From Octopus sinensis (lineage: Eukaryota): DNA of 64,000 bases. Under the pieces are notes generated by a model. The model saw nothing but the letters and a program-made list of their open reading frames with translations. It was not told the origin of the DNA and did not search any database. Position numbers and translations under genes: made by a program. Positions 37,739 to 51,262 of the stretch are shown here, in pieces. The stretch lies in NCBI RefSeq assembly GCF_006345805.1, contig NC_042999.1, forward strand, positions 137,020,001 through 137,084,000, in the 5' to 3' direction. The stretch's first letter is position 1, and each line of letters begins with the position of its first letter.

Positions 37739-37822
37739 GACCGGTGTAACGTCAGAAGTAAAAGTGACGTGTCGTTTCTTGACCGGTGTAACGTCAGAAG
37801 TAAAAGTGATGTGTCGTTTCTT
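37739..37822 (+). repeat. 42-bp tandem duplication in the PPIB promoter containing CRE-like half-sites (also in the left arm, ~32635-32718)
   Basis: gaccggtgtaacgtcagaagtaaaagtga(c/t)gtgtcgtttctt, two copies. Confidence 0.85.
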
Positions 37823-38121
37823 GAATGAAGTGTTTAGCTGGCGCGTGTATTTGAAATTGTTTCGGTAAAAAGCGAAATTTTACCGGGCTTTTATTTCATA
37901 ATGATGTTTCATAATTAAATCGCCAAGACGGATCTTTTCCTTTTGATCCGTTTTCTCTAATCGTTCTAAGGGAGAAATAAAATGTAATAACAGCTAATTC
38001 AGTATTTAGATTATTTGATCCGACTACCGCGCTATTCATACAGCACCGGTGCTACTTATTTATGGAACGAGTGCTTGACTATTGTAACATTTCACACCGG
38101 CGTCGGCGATATTTCTACATC

Positions 38122-41100
38122 ATGATGAAGTTGTTGTCGTTTGTGTTGTTTCTCTCTCTAATTCCGGCTTTCTTGTCTACTACAGCCAAACCTAAAGGAC
38201 CTAAAGTCACTGATAAAGTAAGTAGACTTTTTCTGCAACTGCTATTACATATACAATAAATAATTGATTTTTTTTTTTAGCATAAGCACACTAGTTGTTT
38301 GTGGGGGGGGGGGAACAGTTGATTCTAACTCAGTATTTGGCGAAAGAAAAAAATACGCACACCTGGTATTTAGGGCTAAGTCGGATTTGAACTGGAAATA
38401 TAAAAAGATATAACTACATACTGTAAAATATTTGATTCGATGCTCTACCGATTCTCATATTCCTTTGCTGTGAAACACTGTTTTATATGAACAAGTCTAC
38501 TGGGATGAACGCTCTGTAACTTCGTTTTAGACAAAGCAAGACAAACGCAATCACTTTATTTAATATTTTTCATATTAATCATTAACGACCACAATAATTG
38601 ATAGAAAAAAAATCTTAACCACATTACTTCTACTGGTAAAAGTTAAATTCGTGTGCAAGCACTTCATTTATAAGCAACAAAATTTGTTTTAACAGATGTG
38701 CATGAAAAGAGATATTCGCTTAATTATTTTCATTGAATTCGTATGAATTTCATTTGTCTGACGACAGCTATACCATATATCTATACTGTAATGTATATAT
38801 AGTGTATGTGTATAAACGCACACACTCGTTCAATACTTCTGATACGGTCTACTACAACATTTTCTTGCTACGTGCTATCTGCAGATAGTTCGCACTTAAT
38901 GAGGAACTCCAGTATCGACAGAGTGAATTCTCAGCTTCAAATTCTATTAAATAATCTGTATGCAAAGGGTTCTTTTTCTCCTATTTCTATATCAAGAATA
39001 GTGTATCGGAGGGAATTCGGCTGCTATTTCGAGCAGTTTGAGCAATGGTTGTAACTATTTTACGGTTAGTTTACCTGAAATTTACGCTAAGGGTATAAAG
39101 ACCCAATTATTTGCACACAATTCAGAGACTTTCGTTGGACCGACTAAAGGCGTACGTTGAAACTGACAAAAGTCTAAATGTAGGCTTGACCGACGTGTCC
39201 TAGTCACTCCGCGTTTCCTGTATATTATGAGATAGCTTTGGTTTATTTGAGATACCCAGTATTTTCTCTAGAAAATGCGTATACTTCCCACCTTTTTGAG
39301 ATGGTGCATTTTTACTTTCTGAAAAGTAGGCGGAAAACTTACCCTTACTTTGGTTATTTTAGTCGATTTGATCAAATAAACCTTTTACGACGATAAAATC
39401 CCAGCGTGGTCGCATTCATTTACCAGAACAAAAGAATTAAAATCGTGCGTCTATGAGTAGTGATACTTTTAATTTCAGAAACAGTACGGAATTGTACCAA
39501 CTTAAAACGAGAAGAGAATAATTATATATAATCTGATACCCTCATTCTTCATCCACCTGCAACAATTTCACCTCTCCATATAGTCTCATTACCGTGTCTT
39601 CTTGCCCGATCTGATTCTTACTGCTATAGTGTGTTAAGGCTAAATTTAACAGTTTGGATAAAAAGAACAGAAAACATAATATCCCATTCAAAAATAAAAG
39701 TATTAAAAAAAAATATTCTTAAAATAATGACTAGATTATTGCTGGGAGATAATTTACTCAAAGTAGCTGGCCTCAAGACAGCTCTGGAATCTAGCACATG
39801 CCTATCTCTCTTTATCTCTGGGAAGATCTTCGAACCCCTTGATCTTGGCCACCAGCTTGTTCTTGGTGTTTCAGGCAGAACAGTTGTTGCCTTTCTCAAC
39901 TACGCCCCTCACAGGTAATCCCATAGTATGGGATTACAATTGGTAGAATTAAGAGACCAAAAATTGGGGTTGGTAAAGTCGTAGAAATTCTCTGACTACC
40001 ACTTCTGACACTTTCTGGAGGCATGGCAAGGAACTGAATCCTGCTGCCACACATTTGGCCTTCCTGCAGCAATCCTTTCGAGTCAGGGATTGACTATAGG
40101 CTCCAGCAGCTTCACATAGCCAACTAAATTGAGTTTAAGACCCTGTTCAAAGATGTGGAGATGAATTCTGGTGTACAGACACAGAACACTTACTGTGTCT
40201 CTTCATGCTGGCTACAGCTTCACAGTCTCGGTTGCAGCTATCCACGTCACATTTTACAGCCTTTACAAAGTTCATAGAGAATTGAGCAGCAATCATGATG
40301 TCAGCATTTGGATACCTGGTGCATATCATAACACAGTAATTGACTCAGATGGTTTCCAATCTTCCAGGTCAGCTAACTTTTTCTCAACCTCAACATTTAT
40401 CTTTATACTTTCTAATGCCATTGACTCTTTCAATACATCAAACTATTTCTGTAAAAAGGAGACATAAAATAATTGTAAGATTTATCCTAAACACCCTGTA
40501 TATCTGTCAGTCTTTCTTGCGCAGTACTGTTAAAAATCTACTTTTCTCATTTTCCTCTAAAGAAACCAAGTGTGATGTAAGGTACACTGATTTAATACAT
40601 CTATTTTTTTCTTTGTATTTTCATTTTTCCAAAAGATTATAACAATTGTTTTAACTGTGCTGTTGTTTTTTTATTTAATAAGACCAGAAACAAAGGTAGT
40701 AAAAAAACATTAAGAAAAAATGGTAATAGACAGCTAGTGGTCAGCATCACAAGAAGAAAGGAAAGAAGAAACTGAAGGACATGGGTCCTTTTTATTTTAT
40801 GTTGTATATTATTGATATTAAGGTGGCAAATGGCAGAAAAAGGGCTGAGCGACATTTTTTTCTGGCTCTTTGCATTATGAGTTCCAATACTATGGAGATC
40901 AAATATACCTTCATTCTTTCAAGGTTAATGGAATGAGTATCAGTCAATCACTGGGATTGAAGTATTGAACTGATCCCCCCCACCCCGCAAAAAAAAACAC
41001 TATGTGCCATAGTTTGCAGCTTTTATTGTTGCAATATTCAAAGCTATTATAATTACTATGGTTATAATTATTACTATTTTAGAAATACTGTGTACCTTTG

Positions 41101-44100
41101 ACTGTATCTCCATGGCCTGCTTCAGGAATTGTCTATGTGTGTTTACAGTATCAGAAGGCTGTTGTGTATGTGTGGAGACTTCTAGCACCAAATCATATAT
41201 TTGCTATCAACCAAGTTTCACAATCTCCTACACATGATGATCAGCTGTCTACTAGCCATTACTTTCATTTTAATTCCATAAATTCTATCATCACAATTCT
41301 TCAGTTTCTTTTTTTTTCTGTGATGCTAGCCACCAACCATCTATTATTATTGTTTGCAGCATTTCTTCTCTCTTTACATTCTGAGTTCAAATTCCATCAA
41401 GGTAGACATTGTCTTTCATAAAACAAGTAGGAAATCATTTGCCTCAATCTTTTAACAAAATATAATGCACACCAGAGAAAAGTTGTTTAACTATGAAGTA
41501 TGTGGGAAAACTTTCATTTCATTCAGAATTTTAGCTTTATCATCAACAAATGAATAGACTTTGAAGAACAACTTCATTGTGTGACACATGGGAACTAGTT
41601 GCTCAGCAACAGTGTCTTAACGCACAACTACACATGGGGAGCCTTTCAAATATAAAAATTGAAAAATCACTTTCTTGTAAATCTAAACTTATATTTTACC
41701 AACAGGTACACAATGGAGAACATTTATTAAGGTGAAGTATGTAGGAAATTACTCTTTTTCAATTCCCAATTATATATGCATATATATAATATATAAGCAA
41801 ATAATAGCAAACGATGGACAAATGTCAGCTCATTACAACTGTTTCTTACACATTTTTAATAGAAAAATGAGTACATTACATCACTTGAAAAGACCATTAT
41901 CATCAGATAAAATATAATTTCAAAACAATAGAATATCCAGGATACGCTATAGCTTTGAAATTGTTTCATCTGATGGTTATGGTTTTTTTTTTAAGGTGAT
42001 GTAATTTACTCATTTCTTCCATAAAAAACGTATAAGAAATGGCTGTAATGAACTGACATTTATCCATCATCTGTTATTATTCATTTGTTTATAATACACC
42101 ATAGGGATTCATGATAAGTTGGACACCATGGAGTATACTAAACAATGTATGATCAATACACCGTGTACTTTGGACCAGCCCCGTGACGCTTAATACTCAT
42201 AGAAGTGGTTTTCTCTGTATGCACAACCTGAATATCGTTCTGGATATTTAATTGACCAAAGGTGGTGATCACAGGTTTATCCAACACGACCAAGTGCATA
42301 TTCTTAAGTACCTGATTCTATCAAGAATCATTATATATATATATACATGTGTATGTATACCCATTCCATCCATATCCCACTCCCACACATTCCATGCTCA
42401 CATACCCCCAACCCATCCTCACCCCAAACCCACATGCCATCCTCACAATCCCCCACCACATCACATCACTCCACATGCACATAATTACACTCTCACATAC
42501 AGGCATGCACACCTTCGTTTTGGGATCACCAGTACTTTATTATTTCCCCTTCTTCCAAACAGTTTGTATGATTTTTTAATTCTCTCTGTTTATTTCCCTG
42601 TGTCCCTTTCTATTGAAGAGCATAGGCTTGAAATATAAAATACTTACTCAGCTTCCCAAGTATCAAACTAGTACACCTACTTGTTTATACACCTGTCTTC
42701 ATCTTTTGTTTTTTTGTAAAAATGACTGGGTAACCAGGTTACTGGCATCGGCCACAAGTGCAGTTTTCATTGGATTTAATTTTGATGTTACTGGATTAAA
42801 TAGGTTTCCTCAAGAACAGCGTGTCAATAGATCTTCTCAATTACAGCATATATGTATAAATATATGTGTGTATGTATATATGTAAGTGTATATTTGCATG
42901 TGTATATATCCTTGTTTGTGTGTATATATGCCTGTTTGTGTATATGTATGCCTGTTTGCATGTATGTATGTATGTATATATGCATTATATATATGTGTGT
43001 GTGTGTACTTGTGTATACTCTCTTACTCTTTATTCTCTTACTTGTTTCAGTCATTTGACTGTGGCCATGCTGGAGCATCGCTTTTAATCGAACAGCTTGA
43101 CCCCAGGACTTATTCTTTTGTAAGCCCAGTACTTATTCTATCGGTCTCTTTTGCCGAACCGCTAAGTAAAGGGGACACAAACACACCAGCATCGGTTGTC
43201 AATCAATGCTAGGGGAACAGACACACAAACACACACACGCATATATATATATATATATATATACATATATACGCCGGGCTTCTTTCAGTTTCTGTCTACC
43301 AAATCCACTCACAAGGCTTTGGTCGGCCCGAGGCTATAGTAGAAGACACTTGCCCAAGGTGCCACGCAGTGGGACTGAACCCGGAACCATGTGGTTGGTA
43401 AACAAGTTACTTACCACACAGCCAATCCTGCGCCTATGTATGTATATATTCTTCATATATTTTGTGTGTATATATCCATATATATTGTGTATATATATAT
43501 ATCCATATATATATTGTGTATATATATGTATGTATATGTATATACAACATTTAGCTGAATCAGAGTTAAAATAAGTCTGTGAAGGATAAGAGTATCCATA
43601 TTATACTACAGGTATATTACCAATGTTAAAACATGGGTATACATATGCAGGCATATTCCACTGAATATACAATATCAAGTTCTTACCAACTCCTTTCCTA
43701 CATATCAAGCTAGCCACTTTTGAGATTACATGTACTTTCTATGTGTATAAGTTTATACACACATTTTTTGTTTCTTATTTTTACCAGGTCTTTTTTGACA
43801 TAAAGATTGGTGATAAGCCTGCTGGTCGAATTGTGATTGGACTGTTTGGCAAGACTGTTCCTAAAACCGTCAAAAATTTCAAAACTTTAGCTGAAGGAAC
43901 TATGGTAATCTTATATTTCTGAATTTTAATCATTAAAAATTTAAAAATTTGAATGCTGAAGACCACACATACACACATGATCCACATTGCTATTTAGTAA
44001 ATATTTTGATCTTGCCAACCCAAGAGAATAGTCAGTTAGTAATGATGGACAGGTGATTTAGCCAGAAGATTGGTGTATTGTATGCAAAATACCATTTTTT

Positions 44101-47100
44101 ATACCACATTTCTGAAAGTGGAGGACTTAGGAAAGTAGGTCACAGTAGATCTGGCTATGCAGAAAATATAGTGGTGATTGCAGAAAGAGACTCATGGTGT
44201 TAGAGAAGGTGACTCGTAACTGCTTCAGTCACTTTTGAAGTGTTGGAAATAGAAATTTTTTTTTTTTTGTCAAAATATTTAAGAGCTGGCTGATGCCTTT
44301 ATGTAACTTTTGTAATTGTATTTAAGAACAACTTTATCTCTGTTCATTCAACTTTGATGTCCTGCTGAGAGAATGTCAACTGTTGTGGACAGTTGTACAT
44401 CTAGAATATTAAATGAACTGGAAAGAAATTTGTCAGTGTAATACCTTAATTTGAATATTGTGTATTTGCTGCATTATATGAAATCATGAATAGAAACATT
44501 GTGGATCAACTCATTTGGAAATCTGAACGTGATAAGTAAACACCAATTGAGATATAACTAGTGTTGATTCTTAGCTCACATAATGAAGCAGTAATATTGC
44601 TTGGTAAATCATTTTTCTCTTTGGTTCATTTGCTGAGAAATTTGTATAGCACTGTGAATAAGGAAGCGTCTAATTCTTCTATTTCATCTAGTCAGACTTA
44701 ATGAAAGTATGTTTATATGCAAATGGAATGTCAACAGAATACTACTATATAGCATATTTTAGCTCTTTTACCAGGCAATCTTATAAATATGATACAATAA
44801 GTTTTTACTTAGCTGTGAAACAATTGATGTGAGTGATATTAACTTGGTTGTTATCTATCTTTTTGCAATATGTTAACTTGAATGCTTTTAATTTCTTTTC
44901 AGACCAAAGGTGATAAACCATTAACATATAAGGGAAGTTCTTTTCATCGTGTCATTCCTGCATTTATGATCCAAGGTGGTGATTTCACCAAAGGTGATGG
45001 AACTGGAGGTAAGTATTTTCTGTTGCACAGTTAGAGAAAAACCTGGAAAAAAAAGCAGGTAGCTAACAGAAAATCTAAAGAGTTTGCTGATGTTCTGTAA
45101 TGATCTGAGGCATGATGTGTTTTGGATTGCTAAGCAGTATATTGGTATAAATCAGGATGCCTTTGGAGTGAAGTTGTGTAGTAACAGCAGCATACTGGTG
45201 TTCACTGATGTCAAAAAGAGGCATGAAAATGCTAATGCTACTGAGGGATGTTATGAAATGAAGAGTGCAAAGAAGAGAGCCCAATTAGACTTTCCATAGG
45301 GATCAATCAGCAACTGCAGTTGATGGCTATACAATGGAAAGAAAATTATCTGGTGAAATAGAACATCCTATTTAGTTAAAATGCAATGAATTAAGATATT
45401 TAGTTTAGGTGAGTGTTTGAGTTTGTACTAGGATGGAGCACCAGTGCTACCATTCCCTGAAGTGGATAAGGCTTTCCATAGGGTACTCTTTGTTCTTGTG
45501 TCATAAAGGAAGCTAAGAGATGAATTGCTTTTGAGAACCATTCTAACCATGTACAGACATGATGTACACAAGGTGAGTATTAACATGAATTCAGGAAGGA
45601 ATTTAGAGTTCAGCTGTATGTTAAAAGGCCTTAGCTCTCAGCACACTCTTGTCTATTATAGTTTTACAGACAACAGCAGAGGAGCTTAAGACTGGCTGAT
45701 TGTGGAAACTTCCATATACTGATGACTTACTTAGATCTTCTAGCTGAATCTATGTAAGAATGAGAGAAATTCCATATGTGGAGGGGAGGTTTAGAACTGA
45801 GTGGCTTGAAAGCAATGACAAAAATTGCAGATGGAAGACTTGACTCTAGAATCTGGGAGGTGGCCACACTCAGTAGGAGTAAGAAGGAATTCTGTACTGT
45901 GTACCCCATATAAACTACAGGTTCACAACATCATAAGTTGGTTTATAAAGACAGTCAGGTTCCCAAAATATAGTCAACAGCTTGTTTCCTAAGTGGCCAA
46001 ATCAGTAGCGATGGGGTCTTTTCTAAAAGCAAACTACCCAGAATAAGTAAAGTGGAAAAGATTTGGCAAGAAAGGGATTCTTTCTGCAAGTGAATGGTAA
46101 ATTGTATGATTCTTGATATTACAAAGTGCATATTACATGGTAGTAAAAAATGGACATTGAATGCAGAAAATGTATTAAGGATGGAAAGAAATGGAGGCAA
46201 GTCTGTTCTGATGTATGTGGAAATAATCTAAAAGAAAAATGGAATATAAGAGGAATCAGATGTATTGTACAAAAGACTACACTGAAAGGATATGATGAGA
46301 CTGCCAATTTCATTTGCAAGGCTAATGTCTCTCAATAAAATATAGAATTTAAATACCTCCTTGTTTTTCTATCCCTAAAAGCATTGGCTTTTGTATTAAT
46401 GTCAAAATGAATGTTAATACTTCTATCAAAAGAGTAGCAGATTACACTGTGACAGCATCCCTGTTTTGTGCTGATCTTCTACAAAGCTCAAGTGTGACCA
46501 ACATTAAAACACCCCTTATATGTACAGGACATTGCTGCTATTACAATTTACATAAACATTCCAAACCTTTTCAGTTGATTGACAAATGCTCATAGGCATT
46601 CTGTGAGCTAGTAACTGAAATCTCCTCTCCTGTTACTATAATGGCTTCTATTCCTCTGAACTAGCAAGCTTTTGTTCTCTCTTCTTGTCATCTCTACTGT
46701 CTCAATACTTGCCAAATACTTTGCTTAGTCCTTCTTAGAATCAATGTCACCAGTCAGTTGAGGCCTGTAAAAGTCATGACCACTGCCTTCATCGTTGTTT
46801 AGCGTCCGTTTTCCATGCTAGCATGGGTTGGACGGTTCTACTGGGGTCTGTGAAGCCAGAAGGCTTCATCAGGCCCAGTCAAATCTGGCAGTGTACCTAC
46901 GGCTATCTTTTTGAATCCAATTAAAAGCCAAATACACATCCTTTGATAAGGAAACCTCAGTATACTTTGCCAGAAATCTAATAATAAAGACACTAAAAAT
47001 CGTGATTTAAAACGGCTATGTCTTTCATGTAAATATTTGAATTTTTAAATGCAACCTGCCTTGATGCCAAAACTGCTAAAGGGAAAATGTTTAATCAATT

Positions 47101-48261
47101 TTTGATCTTTTTCTAATTGGATAATTTATTCTGGATTCACTATTTTACCATAACCACCACTATCCTATCACCCTTCTTTTTAGATTGTTGCTATTTCTGA
47201 TTTACTACCTTTATATAATATCTATTTTCATTGATTCCACTTAGGTGTCAGTATATATGGTGAGAAATTCTCTGATGAAAACTTCAAGCTAAAGCACTAT
47301 GGAGCTGGCTGGCTGTCGATGGCAAATGCTGGCAAAGATACAAATGGTTCACAGTTCTTCATTACCACTAAGAAAACTGACTGGCTTGATGGACGCCATG
47401 TTGTTTTTGGTAAAGTCCTTGAAGGGATGGTAAGATACCATTGATGTCCTATTTTCTTTACTTCATTTTTCAATAAGCTTTATGAGCAGTAGTGCTTGTC
47501 AGAAATGTTTTTCTTGCACCTGTTGTCTTATAATTTCTAGGTAAATCTTTTTGCAAGTTATTTTTGTATTTTTTAACATTATATTATAGCTGGTGTTACA
47601 CTAAATTCTTGCTAATGTCTATTTGACCTTTTAGCATTCAGACTATTCCACCAAATGTAATGTTTATTTACTTACATTGCTTTGAATTAATCATGCATTA
47701 TTTCACAGCTTTGAAATTTTGATGATGTGATTGTGTAATTCTAATATGACATTGTTCAGTAGATGTGAGAGGCCAAATCTGGCCAGTTTGGGCCGGATAT
47801 AGCTGGTTTAAATGCTAAAGAGTTAAACAAACAACACCTTTTAATTATTCTGAGTCACCTATGTGAGAAAGCCTACAAAGATTACCGTGCTGTTCTTGCT
47901 TTATGATAGAAGTATGAAAATCAGAGGCTCACTTCTCCAGTTTTAATGATAATATCAGAAGCAGATTTATATTCAGCTCCTTCACCTTTTAACTAACTTA
48001 TAGGAATACAATACACTTTGCTGATTTTTGAGATTGAAACCTGTGGTTCCATCACTGGAAGATTTTTGTTAGTAAGTCTCTAATATTGTTTTACAACATT
48101 TTAATTAATTTGTCTTTTAATTGCAGAAAGTGGTTCGTGAAATTGAAAATACTAAGACTGGTGAACAAGATCGACCAGTAGTTCCAGTTATCATTGCAGA
48201 TTGTGGATCACTTCCAGTAGATGAACCATTTGCTGTTTCAAAAGCGTCAGCTGACAAATAA
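38122..48261 (+). CDS. PPIB: Peptidyl-prolyl cis-trans isomerase B (cyclophilin B), right-arm copy, 212 aa
   Basis: Exons 38122-38217, 43788-43904, 44903-45008, 47245-47429 and 48127-48261 (TAA), all GT-AG. Same motifs as the left copy, with canonical KKTDWLDG and DRP. An in-frame upstream ATG lies at 38062. Confidence 0.96.
43020..43436 (-). mobile_element. Full-length tRNA-derived SINE (ggcgcagg..ggtaagaag family), right-arm specific
   Basis: Same family as 2192-2537, 13434-13471 + 16104-16225, 19485-19645, 49785-49930, 55140-55525, 56560-56690 and 63935-64000. Absent at the left-arm site near 25790. Confidence 0.85.
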
Positions 48262-50172
48262 ATTTTTTATGCAATATTTCTAATTCAAGTTTTTCTGAGT
48301 GTTGTCTTTTTAACAAAGTGAAATGCTTGTTTTTAATGTGGGAAAAGATGTCTCCTTCCCTACCCCGCTTTCTCTCTCAGATATGCCAAAATGTCTTCAC
48401 TTTGTAAGTGAACATTTTGATTTGGAATTTAGTTTATTTTTCAAAATATTACGTTGTATTCAAAGTTTATTGTTATAAATGAGTTTGGTAATGAGCAGTG
48501 AGGCCAGCCACTTTTGCCCATTTGTTTATTGATAGCATATTTAGATGTGGGTGCTTAGTCAAGCATGTGTAATGTTTTTGTTTTAAGGTTTTTAGTTAAG
48601 TGGCTTATGCACATAATCTACATAGGCTTTATGTACCTAGTCAGATTGATGTAGTTATATGTAGCTTGAATAGCTTCAAGTTAAATGCCTATAACAAAAA
48701 TATGGGTTGGAATGGAATTGATGGTGCTAGTGTGTTGGAGTGAAAAGTGGTATACTTTGCAAAAGAATGAAATTTGTTAGAGGTAACAGCAAATAGGTCA
48801 TTAATATACAAGAGGAAAAAATATTTATTTTTCTCTCCCTGCATTAGTATGCAGTTTATCTAGAATGGTTAGCTGCTTGAAATTCCCAACAAGGCAAGTT
48901 TGATAATACTGCTTCTAATTGTTATGTACAAACAGAATCTAAATTGTTTTTAAAATAATAATAATAAAAATAATTGTGCACAGTGCTCAGGTGCACTACA
49001 ACTCATCTAAAGTGTATATATAATCAGGTGTAGTTTCGGCGGATTTCGGAAAGCATGAGGGCCTTAAAGGATGCAGTGTCATGGCAGTCAACAACTGACG
49101 CAGGCAGTTTATTCCATGCTTCAGCAACTCTGAGCGTGAAAAAATGTTTCCGAAAGTCATGGGAGCTGTGTTGTTTTCTGACTTTGTAGGCATGTCCATG
49201 TGTGTTTAGTTATACAAAGAAGTGTGTTGATCATTCTCTAAAACAGACTTTTGACTTGAGTTTAGTGATATTTCTATGTATGACTGATAAACATTTCAGC
49301 CATTGGTTCTTGCTGACTGTTGGACAGTATTTTCAGACAAACGTACAGGTTTGGGGGGTGGGCTATATCCATCAGTATATACAGTTCCTTAGCATTCCTC
49401 TCTTCCTTTTTCTCTGCAGGTTTCTTCTGAGCAACTGCCTGTACTGAGATTGTGTCCAGTGCCACTTTCTTTCTCTGATTTCTATATTGACAACTAATTG
49501 GGTTTATTTCTATTGTTGAAGAAAAGTTCCATACAATGATGGACTTACTTCACATTTGAACTGAAGATGTAGATTTTAGTGTTTTGGAGACGAGTCTTGA
49601 TTTCTGGATGTTATTTAAACTGGTGAAACATGACAAGCTTTCACAGCAGAATTTTTTTTTTTTATGTTAAATCTATTCTTGTTTCAGGCCATGCTGGGGC
49701 ACTACCTTGAATTTTTTTTAATTGAATTAATCAACCAATATTTTATATAAATTATGTACACACACAATATATATGATGGGCTTCTTCCAGTTTCTGTCTA
49801 CCTAATCCGTTCACAAGGCTTTGTTTGGCCTGAGGCTACAGTAGAAGACACTTGCCGAAAGTGCCATGCAGCCAGTGAACCCAGAACCATATGGTTGGGA
49901 AGCAAACTTCTTACCACACAGCCACACCTGTGCCTAATCGACTAATTCTGTACTCTCTAAAAATTGTTGCATTATTAAGGAAGTTAAATCACAGTGGATG
50001 GGGGTGATAGATTGTTGTTTTGCCTGAAAATGTGTTGCTGCAATATTTCATAAAAAAATATTACTAATTTTTGAGGAACCAAAATCAGTATTAAATTGTA
50101 CTTGAGATATGTATAACATTTGGTTTGCCAAATATAGGGAGTGGGGTCATTCAGCAAATTTAAATTGTCAAA

Positions 50173-50851
50173 TCTTCATCCCTGGCAGCACATGGTCATT
50201 GATTATTGGCAGCAGTGTCCCTGCACTTCGGTCCGGAACAGGAACACACATCTTAGCGTCCCACCATTCCATGAACCCAGTTGCCCAGCTTATAAGTATC
50301 TCTGTGATATTTGCGATGTATAGACTTTGATTCATCTATCTTGATGACATCCTGCCCACCAAGTTGGACAGGATTATCAATGCACCACGTGGCACAAATG
50401 TCCCGAAAGTAGTTATACCAATTGACTATTGCTTCCCATCCGATCCCAACTTCTCTTGGAACTAGATTGCTTACAATCCATTTCAGCCCAGTAATAGATT
50501 AAAACTAGGAGCCATGCCAGTGATATGCAGGAATCCACAAAAAAAGTCTTTTCTCAAACTTCAATGGTGCCTACAAGTTTGACATCACATTACGCCTTCA
50601 GAAGTTCTTTTCTTTGGTGTAAGGGTCATCAGGTTATCGCAATACTCAGCCGAATTTTTTATTAGCCCCACAGAGTCAAGGAATTCGAACTGTTCGCTAT
50701 ACCCTAAACCTCTCTGAGAATATATTTTTTTTCCCATGTTGGTAAGTTGAAACTGACCAATAAAAGTGACTTGATGCAAAAGAAAAGAACTTGGTCACAA
50801 GACAATAACTATTGTCTTGGTTAGTTCTGGTGACCAAGTTCTTTTCTTTTG
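50173..50851 (-). mobile_element. Second, truncated copy of the Merlin relic, in direct orientation to 17801-18876
   Basis: About 10 substitutions in ~355 bp versus 17801-18154. It lacks the SINE and the ~170 bp at 18596-18765, and starts exactly at the right-arm outer breakpoint. Confidence 0.88.
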
Positions 50852-51262
50852 TATTGGGAGGTAAAGTAAACTGGTGCTTGAGGACGTGGCATTATTAAAA
50901 AAATATGTTAGCGATAGTTAAAATGAAAGATTTCCGGTAATGGTTACGAAGAGAAGGAACTATTCAATAATGAAAATACAACGTTAACGTTTTTTTTCTA
51001 CGTTGGTAGAAATAACTAAAAATATACATTTTTTTTCAATCCATAAATGGTTTCAGTGCAGTTTTACAAGAAGGAATTAGATGAAAGTTTTCTGGTAATT
51101 TTCTTTCATGTAAATACATGTTTATGTTAATTTAAAAATTTGCCAGCAAAATCTTATTAAATGACAATGTTCTAAAAGATATACATGTTTATTTGTTATA
51201 TATGAACATAAAAATTCGTTTAAAAGAAAATTAGAATTAGGGGTATGTATAATATATGGTGT

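Larger units (their letters stand above)
19249..50172. repeat. Large inverted segmental duplication (quasi-palindrome): arms 19249-36353 and 36636-50172
   Basis: Mirror-image ORF pairs in the track (e.g. 20224/48996, 23897/45075, 30259/39624, 32198/38062, 33363/36786) and direct reverse-complement alignment. About 5 differences in ~540 bp sampled at 20461-21000. Confidence 0.97.

Noticed and set aside
19249-50172. Palindrome as a simple fold-back read artefact
   Set aside because: The arms differ by SNPs, coding changes and multiple TE insertions, which one folded molecule cannot produce. A haplotype mis-join is not fully excluded and needs read data.
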